From Aulosira sp. ZfuVER01 (GTDB taxonomy: Bacteria; Cyanobacteriota; Cyanobacteriia; Cyanobacteriales; Nostocaceae): 24,594 bases of DNA. The position numbers and the translations under genes are program-made. Numbering within the stretch: the first letter of the stretch is position 1; each line of letters starts with the position of its first letter. Below the pieces are notes generated by a model that was given only the letters and a program-made list of their open reading frames with translations, ran no database searches and had not been told where the DNA came from. Of this stretch, positions 1 through 8,235 are shown piece by piece. Location of the stretch: positions 1 to 24,594 of the forward strand of contig JAVRCV020000029.1 in NCBI GenBank assembly GCA_034530615.2, read 5' to 3'.

Positions 1-43
1 CCCGTTCATTCTCTCAATATTAGTGTACCTCATTTACCTGCAA

Positions 44-73
44 TTGGCTGTAAATGAATATACAAATTATAAT
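44..73 (+). promoter_or_regulatory. Putative sigma70-type promoter of the response regulator/kinase operon
   Basis: TTGGCT (44-49), 18-nt spacer, perfect TATAAT (68-73), 32 nt upstream of the ATG at 106. Confidence 0.4.
49..64. promoter_or_regulatory. NtcA-type binding site TGTA-N8-TACA
   Basis: Sequence is TGTAAATGAATATACA. On the minus strand a TAN3T box (TACACT, 27..22) lies exactly 22 nt beyond the GTA-N8-TAC core, the canonical class II NtcA geometry. Confidence 0.6.
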
Positions 74-105
74 TACAAAAAGTTGTTTTTAATTGAAAAT
101 GTAAA

Positions 106-483
106 ATGCCACACGTTTTACTCGTGGACGATGAAGCAGCCCTGCGTGACAGTCTCACCTATACTCTACAAAAAGAAGGCTACACAGTAAGCACCGCAGT
201 TGATGGGCATAGTGCGATCAAACAGTTCCATAAGGAAGTACCAGATATAATTTTGCTGGATCTGATGTTACCAGAAGTTAGTGGTATGGAAGTCTGTTGG
301 CGCATTCGAGCTTTTTCCAATGTACCCATTGTCATGTTGACAGCTAAGGATCAGGATGTAGATAAAATCTGGGGTTTGGAAGCGGGAGCAGACGATTATG
401 TGACTAAGCCCTTCAATACCCGCGAGTTGCTAGCACGCATCAAAGCTGTGTTGCGTCGTCGTTCCGAGGAGCAGCCTTCATGA
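106..483 (+). CDS. Single-domain response regulator (OmpR-type receiver, no DNA-binding domain)
   Basis: Motifs LLVDDE, LLDLMLP (phospho-Asp), MLTAK, GADDYVTKPF and ELLARIKAVLRR, then stop at 125 aa. ATGA overlap with the kinase gene. Confidence 0.93.
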   Translation: MPHVLLVDDEAALRDSLTYTLQKEGYTVSTAVDGHSAIKQFHKEVPDIILLDLMLPEVSGMEVCWRIRAFSNVPIVMLTAKDQDVDKIWGLEAGADDYVTKPFNTRELLARIKAVLRRRSEEQPS

Positions 484-1901
484 AAGGCTGGTTTCCTCGG
501 ATTAAATTAAACACAATTCATGCCAAGCTGTTAAGCACATACTTGATGCTGACAGCTTTTGGAACGTCACTTTTAGCAGGTTATATCTTGTGGTCGTTCT
601 ACGATTATTTCATGCGATCGCGACAAGCAGATCTGGATAACTGGACGAGTGCGTTGGGTGAAAGTGTTGCAGATGCATTAGAAGAAAAAGATATTCCCCG
701 GGTAAAGATACTGGTAAAACGTTATGGCGCACCACAAACTGTAACGCTGCGTGTTTTCGATCGAAATGGTCATCTGATAGCTACTTCTGACCCAAAGTTA
801 GACTCTCAGGTGAAAGACTGGAATCAAGTTCCAGGAATGCGGGAAGCTCTGCAAAATAGCGTACAACAAGGAGTCTCCAAAGGCGTTTTATCAAACGAGG
901 ATCGTCTCTACATCGCTAGACCGATTGAGCGTAACACTCAACTGTTGGGCGTAATCCGAATGTCGATGACGCTGGAGCAATTTCAGCGACAGTTTGCGAG
1001 AGTGTTTTGGAGTGTTTTAGGAACCCTGGCATTGACGATTTTACTGTGTGCATTAATTAGCAGTCGCCTTGCTCGCAGTTTATCGAAACCGATTGAGATT
1101 ATGCAAAACTTTGCCATTCGCTTGGGTGGCGGTCATTTTGGCGATAAGCTCACGATCCAGGAGAACAATGAATTGGATCAATTAGCCGCAGAACTCAACC
1201 GGATGAGTGAGAGGTTAGCTTCCCTAGATCAAGAGCGACGGGTATTTTTAGCCAATGTTTCCCACGAACTGCGTACCCCGATAAGTAACGTTCAGGTAAC
1301 AGTAGACGCACTTAAAGGAGGTGCTGTTGAAGAACCAGAATTACGCGATCGCTTTTTTCAAACCATCGAAAACGAAACCAAACGTTTATCACGATTAATT
1401 CACGATCTTCTAGATTTAGGGCGTTTGGAAGCGGGAGTTACACAACTTGAACAGCAAAACATTCCACTGAGTGGATTGATTAACCGTGCTGTTAATGCAA
1501 TGGAACCGCGAATGCAATCCGTAAAAATTTCTCTACAAGTGAACGTAGATCACCTGATTATACAGGGCGATCCAGAACGGCTATTACAGGCGATTCTCAA
1601 TTTGTTAGATAATGCAATCAAACACTCACCTGCCAATTCTCAAGTATTGATTTCTGGATACAGTAAAGGAAAACAAGCGATTATTCAAATTCAAGACCAG
1701 GGTAAAGGCATCAATGAGAGCGATCTACCCCGAATTTTTGAGCAATTTTATACAACAGATCCTGCACGCAAAGGTAAGGGTAACGGTCTGGGGTTAGCGA
1801 TCGCCAAGCGGATTATTGAAGCTCATCAAGGTAGTATTACAGCCACTAGTCTCCCCAATCAAGGTGCAACTTTTACTATCTGTTTACCTTTAAAAGGCTA
1901 A
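480..1901 (+). CDS. Membrane sensor histidine kinase (2 TM, HAMP, HisKA, HATPase_c)
   Basis: Two hydrophobic helices, HAMP-like segment, H-box VSHELRTP, N-box NLLDNAIKH, G1 DQGKGI, G2 GNGLGLAI. Confidence 0.95.
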   Translation: MKGWFPRIKLNTIHAKLLSTYLMLTAFGTSLLAGYILWSFYDYFMRSRQADLDNWTSALGESVADALEEKDIPRVKILVKRYGAPQTVTLRVFDRNGHLIATSDPKLDSQVKDWNQVPGMREALQNSVQQGVSKGVLSNEDRLYIARPIERNTQLLGVIRMSMTLEQFQRQFARVFWSVLGTLALTILLCALISSRLARSLSKPIEIMQNFAIRLGGGHFGDKLTIQENNELDQLAAELNRMSERLASLDQERRVFLANVSHELRTPISNVQVTVDALKGGAVEEPELRDRFFQTIENETKRLSRLIHDLLDLGRLEAGVTQLEQQNIPLSGLINRAVNAMEPRMQSVKISLQVNVDHLIIQGDPERLLQAILNLLDNAIKHSPANSQVLISGYSKGKQAIIQIQDQGKGINESDLPRIFEQFYTTDPARKGKGNGLGLAIAKRIIEAHQGSITATSLPNQGATFTICLPLKG

Positions 1902-2079
1902 AGATATGTGAATGAAACGAATATCAAACTCCACTAATCTGAATTATTGCTGAGAAAGCTGTGAAAATTATGCTGCAAATTCCCTTGAATTTCTCAGCCA
2001 AGCTTTAGCTGTTCATCACCTAAGAGTTGCTACCAACCGTGATACTGAGAGCAGTTCACTCGCAGCAACTCATACATCT

Positions 2080-3495
2080 ATGCAGCAAGCGTCTCATCCC
2101 ACAGTCATCCTAGGTGGTGGCTTTGCTGGACTGTTTACAGCTCTGCACTTAAGCCAGCAAAATCACTCGCAACCGATTATTCTCATTGAACAGCGCGATC
2201 GCTTTAGTTTCAAACCGTTGTTGTATGAACTACTCAGCGGTGAATTACATAGTAAACAAGTTTATCCACGTTATACAGAACTGCTAGCAGGTAGTCGTGT
2301 CACCTTTGTGCAAGATACGGTGAAATCGATCGATTTAAATCACCGCAAAGTTACTGTAGCTTCTAGTAAAGTTTTTAACTACAGCAGCTTAGTGTTAGCC
2401 CTAGGCAGCAAAACAACCTATTTTAATACTCCTGGTGCAGCAGAATATGCAATGCCGTTGACTTCGGGTGCAGAAGCGATCGCACTCCGAAAACACTTGC
2501 GCCACAGACTGCATCAAGCTATCCAAACTCAAGATCCAGCACGTCGTCGGTTGCTGCTAACCGTCGCCATTATTGGAGCAGGGCCAGCTGGTATTGAACT
2601 GGCTTGTACCTTGGCAGATTTATTACCCATTTGGTACGACGAATTGGGCGGTGATGCTAATGACATTCGGATTGTTTTAGTCAATCGCAGTCGAGACATC
2701 CTCAAAGGAGATGTGAATAGCCATTTACGCTGCACAGCCCAACGGGCGCTGAAAAATCGTGTAGTTCCAGTTGATTTCTTATTTGATGCGGCTGTCACCA
2801 AGATTCAAGCCGATGGTATCGAGTACCAACAACAAGACAAAATCCAACTTTTGCCAGCAGGAACGATCGCGTGGACTGCGGGAACTACTCCCAACCCTTT
2901 GTTAATGGAGTTACCAGTCAAAAATAATCGTGGGCGGCTAGTGGTAACACCAACATTGCAACTACCTGAGTTTCCCGAAGTCTTTGCAGCCGGAGATTGT
3001 GCCACACATAGCGACGATCCCCAACCACCTACAGCACAAGTTGCTTATCAACAAGGAAGAGCGATCGCTCACAATCTCCAGCGTATTAGAGAAGGTAAAC
3101 CAGCCGTACCTATGCCAATTCAAATGCGCGGTACTTTAATGAAACTCGGACTCAATGAAGGCGTTGCTAACTTGTTCAATAAAGTCCAGATTAAAGGCCA
3201 GCCCGGTCATTTTCTGAGAGAAGCAACATATTTACAGCTGCTGCCAAACTCTGCACATAACCTCAAAGTTACAACTGAATGGCTCACCGATGAATTATTC
3301 CAGCGTCATCGCTCCATTACTCATATGCAACTCGGACAAACCCCTTTACTCTCGGGGATTGCAACCCTTGCTGCTGGGATGATTTTGGCTACTCCTCTGG
3401 CCTGGCGAGCTGCACAACCGACACAATTTCAACAAACCCTCAGTTGGACAGGTGTACCAACATTACTTAATCACCTTGCGCCTTCTTCTCGATAA
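2080..3495 (+). CDS. Type II NAD(P)H dehydrogenase-like FAD oxidoreductase (NDH-2 family)
   Basis: Two Rossmann motifs (GGGFAG, GAGPAGIE), FKPLLYE, WTAG, VFAAGDCA and PPTAQVAYQQG. Confidence 0.9.
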   Translation: MQQASHPTVILGGGFAGLFTALHLSQQNHSQPIILIEQRDRFSFKPLLYELLSGELHSKQVYPRYTELLAGSRVTFVQDTVKSIDLNHRKVTVASSKVFNYSSLVLALGSKTTYFNTPGAAEYAMPLTSGAEAIALRKHLRHRLHQAIQTQDPARRRLLLTVAIIGAGPAGIELACTLADLLPIWYDELGGDANDIRIVLVNRSRDILKGDVNSHLRCTAQRALKNRVVPVDFLFDAAVTKIQADGIEYQQQDKIQLLPAGTIAWTAGTTPNPLLMELPVKNNRGRLVVTPTLQLPEFPEVFAAGDCATHSDDPQPPTAQVAYQQGRAIAHNLQRIREGKPAVPMPIQMRGTLMKLGLNEGVANLFNKVQIKGQPGHFLREATYLQLLPNSAHNLKVTTEWLTDELFQRHRSITHMQLGQTPLLSGIATLAAGMILATPLAWRAAQPTQFQQTLSWTGVPTLLNHLAPSSR

Positions 3496-3561
3496 CTTCT
3501 TTACGCATCCACATCTTTGCGTGACACATTCAAATCACAATCTCATCTTCAGGAGTTCATC

Positions 3562-4077
3562 ATGAAATACTTACTCAACCTCCGGACTGCTATTACTGTC
3601 AATCGCGTCACAATGGGCGTTTTCTTCTTCCTCTCCGGTATTGCTAACTATCTCAACTTCAGCGTTCCCAACGGTTTCTACCAAACAGTCCTCACTCAAA
3701 AACTGCAAATCATCGGCCCGGGAATTCCACCCGGATGGGAAGGTATCGGCCCTCTACCTTGGTTAATTGCAATTCCCTATGCCTGGTTATTACCTTTAGC
3801 AGAAATTCTCCTAGGTGCATTGTTTGCTCTCAACTATTGGGTGCGTTGGACAGGGTTACTACTAATACTGATGACCTTTAGCATCATTCTGGCATTTGGC
3901 ATTGTACCTGCTGGTAGTTTGGTTCCTAATGCAGCAGAGAGCTTTAACAAAAATATCCTATTCATGACTTTAATCTGGATCTGCATTGCCTACGAAGCTC
4001 ATGAACAGAAAATGAGCCGTCGGCGTGCCCAAGCCGCAGCTGATTATACTCTTAACGCTTCTAGCAACGAGATGTAG
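3562..4077 (+). CDS. DoxX-family membrane protein
   Basis: RVTMGVFFFLSG...LPLAEILLG pattern with about four TM helices. Start moved to ATG 3562, which follows AGGAG (3551-3555). Confidence 0.75.
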   Translation: MKYLLNLRTAITVNRVTMGVFFFLSGIANYLNFSVPNGFYQTVLTQKLQIIGPGIPPGWEGIGPLPWLIAIPYAWLLPLAEILLGALFALNYWVRWTGLLLILMTFSIILAFGIVPAGSLVPNAAESFNKNILFMTLIWICIAYEAHEQKMSRRRAQAAADYTLNASSNEM

Positions 4078-4120
4078 AAACTCACGCAGATATGCAAATA
4101 CTTTGATCTGGAGAAAATTC

Positions 4121-5677
4121 ATGAATACTGCACACTACGATTTGATTATTATTGGTACTGGCGCAGGTGGCGGTACACTGGCTTATCGTTTGGCTTCCAC
4201 TGGGAAGAAAATTCTGATACTGGAACGTGGTTCTTTTTTACCTCGTGAGAAGGCAAACTGGGATACAGTTGAAGTTGTCCAAAAAGACCGCTATCACACT
4301 AACGAAGTTTGGTACGACCAAAAAGGAAATGCCATTCATCCGGGTACAGGTTACTTTGTTGGTGGTAATACCAAAGTGTATGGTGGCGCGCTGTTTCGCT
4401 GGCGAGAACAAGATTTTGAGCAAGTAATTCACAAAGGTGGGATTTCGCCGGAGTGGCCGCTAAAATACCCCGATTTTGAACCCTACTACACTGAAGCTGA
4501 AAAGTTGTATGAAGTGCATGGTAAAAGAGGTTTAGATCCGACTGAGCCAACAGCAACTGAAGATTATCCTTATCCTGCGATTCGTCACGAACCGCGTATT
4601 CAAGAGATTCATGACTCTTTGAAAGGAGAAGGTTATCATCCGTTTTCTCTGCCACTTGCTATTAAGCTAAATGAAGTGAATCGTCGTTTAAGTGCTTGCA
4701 TTCGTTGCAACACCTGTGATGGATTTCCTTGTTTAGTCGATGCAAAAGCCGATGCAGATGTGAATTGTGTGCGTCCAGCCGAGCAGTATGATAATGTCAC
4801 CCTCATCACTGAAGCCAAGGTACAACGGCTACACACCAGTTCCTCTGGGCGAGAAGTTACTGCTGTGGAAGTAGAAATTAATGGAGAAATTCATTTCTTT
4901 TCTAGCGATATTGTGGTTGTTGCTTGTGGCGCAATTAATTCAGCCGCTTTGTTGTTGCGTTCGGCTAACGATCAACATCCTCATGGATTGGCTAACAGTT
5001 CCGACCAAGTAGGGCGAAACTTAATGAAGCATCAAAACGGAGCGATTATTGGAGTTAGCTTAAAATCCAATCCAACTTCTTTTCAAAAAACCTTAGCAAT
5101 CAACGATTTTTATTGGGGTGATGAAGATTTCGACTATCCAATGGGTCATGTGCAGTTACTAGGTAAAGTCAATGCAGATATGATTGCCCAAGAATCACCA
5201 TCAGTTCTCGGACTTTCGTTTCGGGAGCGACATACATTTGAAGCGATCGCCACTCACTCGGTAGACTGGTGGCTAACTGCGGAAGATTTGCCTGATCCCA
5301 ACAACCGCCTTACTCTCCGCAATGATTCTGTACAGTTGCATTACACCGAGAACAACACCGAAGCCTACAATCGGTTGCTAAATCGCTGGACGCAAGTACT
5401 GAAAATGATTGGTTGTGGTGAAAAAATTATTCCCGCCTCCTTTTATTTTCGGAAAAAACTGCCGTTACAAGGTGTAGCCCATCAATGCGGTACTTGTCGC
5501 TTTGGTGAAGATCCCAAAACTTCAGTATTAGATATTAATTGCCGCAGCCATGACATTGATAATTTATATGTAGTAGATGGTAGTTTCTTCCGATCTAGTG
5601 CTGCTGTTAACCCTACTCTGACGATTATTGCCAATGCTTTACGTGTAGGCGATCGCCTCATGGAACGTATGGCTTAA
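4121..5677 (+). CDS. GMC-family FAD oxidoreductase with Cys-rich (Fe-S-like) motif
   Basis: YDLIIIGTGAGGG, LILERG, VGGNT, CIRCNTCDGFPC, AHQCGTCRFG and VNPTLT. Start moved to ATG 4121, which follows GGAG. Confidence 0.92.
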   Translation: MNTAHYDLIIIGTGAGGGTLAYRLASTGKKILILERGSFLPREKANWDTVEVVQKDRYHTNEVWYDQKGNAIHPGTGYFVGGNTKVYGGALFRWREQDFEQVIHKGGISPEWPLKYPDFEPYYTEAEKLYEVHGKRGLDPTEPTATEDYPYPAIRHEPRIQEIHDSLKGEGYHPFSLPLAIKLNEVNRRLSACIRCNTCDGFPCLVDAKADADVNCVRPAEQYDNVTLITEAKVQRLHTSSSGREVTAVEVEINGEIHFFSSDIVVVACGAINSAALLLRSANDQHPHGLANSSDQVGRNLMKHQNGAIIGVSLKSNPTSFQKTLAINDFYWGDEDFDYPMGHVQLLGKVNADMIAQESPSVLGLSFRERHTFEAIATHSVDWWLTAEDLPDPNNRLTLRNDSVQLHYTENNTEAYNRLLNRWTQVLKMIGCGEKIIPASFYFRKKLPLQGVAHQCGTCRFGEDPKTSVLDINCRSHDIDNLYVVDGSFFRSSAAVNPTLTIIANALRVGDRLMERMA

Positions 5678-5859
5678 TTTGTATGGTATTAATCACCCCT
5701 TGGAACTTAGAAAAATTACTAAAACAACATCAATCCAAGGGTCTACTTTTTTCAAAAAATGGATTTGATTGCTTTTCAGTAACTTTACTGCAACATTATT
5801 TGTCTACTAAGCATTAAAAAGGTAGATAAAGGTATAAGTTAAGTGTCAGGAAAATTATA

Positions 5860-6456
5860 ATGAATTTCCGCGAGTCTTTCATAAATGAGCTAGTTTCTTC
5901 TGGTATTGTTAACCAAAGTTTAAAACTAGGAGATTTAATTCCTAATTTTACTCTTCCTAATGCTTACGGTGAAACAATAGAAATAGAAAAACTATTAGTT
6001 AATGGGCCTGTAGTTATTTCCTTTTTTCGAGGCTCATGGTGTGCTTTTTGTAACTCAGAGCTAGCAGCACTCCAGCAAGCATTACCTGCAATTAGAACAT
6101 TAGGAGCTTCACTAATTGCTATTTCACCTCAGACTAATCATCACACCGGATTAACTGTGGAAAAACATGAACTAACTTATGAAGTTTTGAGCGATCGCAG
6201 CAATCATATTGCTCGTGAATTTGGGATTGTGTTTCAAATACCAGAGTATCTCAGACCTATATTAAAGGAAAAAGGTTATATGTTACCGAGATACAATGGA
6301 GATGAGTCTTTTGAACTACCTATTCCCGCTACATTTATAGTTTCTCAAGATGGAAAAGTCATTTATGCTTTTGTTGATCCAGATTATACTAAGCGGTTAG
6401 ACACGATTGAAATTATAAGTATTCTCCGAAATGTTACTCTGGTTAGCAAAAGCTAG
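5860..6456 (+). CDS. Peroxiredoxin-like protein (AhpC/TSA family, PRX-like2)
   Basis: GDLIPNFTLPN, FFRGSWCAFC (CxxC), LIAISPQ and LPIPATFIV. Confidence 0.88.
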   Translation: MNFRESFINELVSSGIVNQSLKLGDLIPNFTLPNAYGETIEIEKLLVNGPVVISFFRGSWCAFCNSELAALQQALPAIRTLGASLIAISPQTNHHTGLTVEKHELTYEVLSDRSNHIAREFGIVFQIPEYLRPILKEKGYMLPRYNGDESFELPIPATFIVSQDGKVIYAFVDPDYTKRLDTIEIISILRNVTLVSKS

Positions 6457-6676
6457 AATTACACTTTATTTTTGTAAATTTTTAGACAATACTCAGCATT
6501 ATTTTAGGATAGTCTGCCATTTTAATAATTAGAAAAAATAGGAATCAAGTTTGATTCGTGAAATTAATTGCGTAGATAGGGAAATAGTTTTTGTCAATGA
6601 TTTGCACCAACCTTGGTTAGCTGGAGATCATCAAGGCGAACGGCTAGCTTACGAAACCTGCATTGACTCACCCTGC

Positions 6677-6698
6677 TATCAATGCGATCGCATTGATA
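6677..6698. repeat. Perfect 22-bp palindrome centred on HIP1
   Basis: TATCAATGCGA|TCGCATTGATA is self-complementary over 22 bp. Confidence 0.85.
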
Positions 6699-7307
6699 TT
6701 AATTCTTTAAGCCCACTTTAGAAAACGTTAATGGCTAAGTTCTCTTTCATCAGGAAGAGACACCAATTCATCAATATGTGAACTGATATTAAGAACTTTT
6801 GTAACCAAACCAACGCACAGGCTAGTAACGCTGTGAATTCAAAATTCAATATGAATACAGCCGAGTCGGTATGAATTTTGTTTTTATATATTAAAGCTTC
6901 TAGTAGCGTAAGCACTAACTACCATTACGGTTTACACTACTGTAAGTATAAGTTTATCTAGTTATATTAGGAAAGTGTCAAGGAAATAAATCTAATTGAC
7001 GTAATGAACCTTGAAAAATAAGCAAGACAAAAATAAGTAGCAATAATATTAGTTGGGAAATTCCTACAGGAAGCTAACGCCAAGTTAAATTAGTTTAACC
7101 ATCCTCGAAAATTAGCCTAGAGTTTGAACTCAAAATTATTGTTGAATTGACAATTTACTAGTTAATATTTAGGGTTCTAAGTTTTAGAAATATCTAAAAC
7201 AAAGGGTTGATAGCATTCTCCAATTAATAGCTGGATGTTTCGATAAAAGCTCTTTTCCTCCGATGAGGAGGAAAGCTTTGCCATTCTGGTAAGGAGAAAC
7301 TTTCAGA

Positions 7308-8180
7308 GTGAAAAAAAAGATTTTTGCAGTAGTACTAGCTCTTTTAACTTTTATTATGGTTATATTTGCATCTTCTACGCAGAGTTCTCAAAATGTTCAT
7401 GAAGAGCAAATAAACGAACTCTATGTTTTTGGGGATAGCCTTTCAGATACAGGCAATATATTCAAGGCTACAAATGGAGTTTATCCTCCTAGCCCTCCTT
7501 ACTTTCAAGGACGTTATTCTAATGGACCAGTTTGGGTAGAACATCTTAGCACTAAACTAGGATTGAATAATACTAAAAATATTAATTTTGCCTGTGGTGG
7601 TGCGACTACTATCAGCGGTAATATTAACGGGATTCCTGGAGCGTTAGCGCAAGTTTATAGTTATACCAAATCCCAGCAAAAGCTAAACCCGAATGCGCTT
7701 TATATTCTTTGGGCTGGAGCCAATGATTATCTTTACGGGGCTACTAATACTAGTTCTGCGATCGCCAATTTATCCAATGCAGTTCAATCATTATTAACAG
7801 CGGGAGCGAAAACAGTTATGGTAGCTAATTTACCTGACTTAGGTAAGATACCAGCTACCTATAGTACTTTCAATTCCAGTAACCTGAGTGCAGTGACAAA
7901 TCTGCATAATTTGGAATTGGCTAAATCTATTGATTCACTTCAGCAAAGATTTGGTTTTGGCAATAAAATAATCCAACTCGATGTTAACTCCCTATATCGA
8001 GAAGCAATTTCTAACCCAGCAAAATTTGATTTCACAAATGTCACTAGTTCTTGTCTATCTAATGTGACTACCTGTAGCAATCCAGACAAGTTTTTATTTT
8101 GGGATGGTATTCATCCAACAACGGCTGCGCATCGCATCTTGGCAGACGCAGCACTAAAAGCAATCTCAATATCGCGATAA
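7308..8180 (+). CDS. Secreted SGNH/GDSL-family lipase/esterase
   Basis: Signal peptide MKKKIFAVVLALL, VFGDSLSDTGN, GRYSNG, GAND, FWDGIHPT. GTG start follows AAGGAG. Confidence 0.93.
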   Translation: MKKKIFAVVLALLTFIMVIFASSTQSSQNVHEEQINELYVFGDSLSDTGNIFKATNGVYPPSPPYFQGRYSNGPVWVEHLSTKLGLNNTKNINFACGGATTISGNINGIPGALAQVYSYTKSQQKLNPNALYILWAGANDYLYGATNTSSAIANLSNAVQSLLTAGAKTVMVANLPDLGKIPATYSTFNSSNLSAVTNLHNLELAKSIDSLQQRFGFGNKIIQLDVNSLYREAISNPAKFDFTNVTSSCLSNVTTCSNPDKFLFWDGIHPTTAAHRILADAALKAISISR

Positions 8181-8235
8181 ATCACCAGATTCAAAAATCA
8201 TGCAAAGCGTTAGTTTAATGGTTGTAAATAAGTAA

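Noticed and set aside
3517..4120. Longer ORF starts at 3517 (DoxX) and 4025 (GMC)
   Set aside because: The downstream ATGs at 3562 and 4121 have clear RBSs and begin at the conserved domain. The 4025 start would overlap DoxX.
2529..4836. Short overlapping ORFs inside the NDH-2 and GMC genes
   Set aside because: Shadow or alternate frames of well-supported genes, with no recognisable motifs.
5697..5752. Terminator after the GMC gene (CCCTTGGA…TCCAAGGG followed by a T run)
   Set aside because: The loop of about 29 nt is too large for a confident call.
6718..6915. 65-aa minus-strand ORF in the long intergenic region
   Set aside because: Non-ATG start, AT-rich, no RBS or motif. It cannot be supported as a gene, though a small peptide is not excluded.
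7246..7279. Hairpin upstream of the GDSL gene as a regulatory RNA
   Set aside because: Imperfect stem with no recognisable family. It does not cover the RBS.
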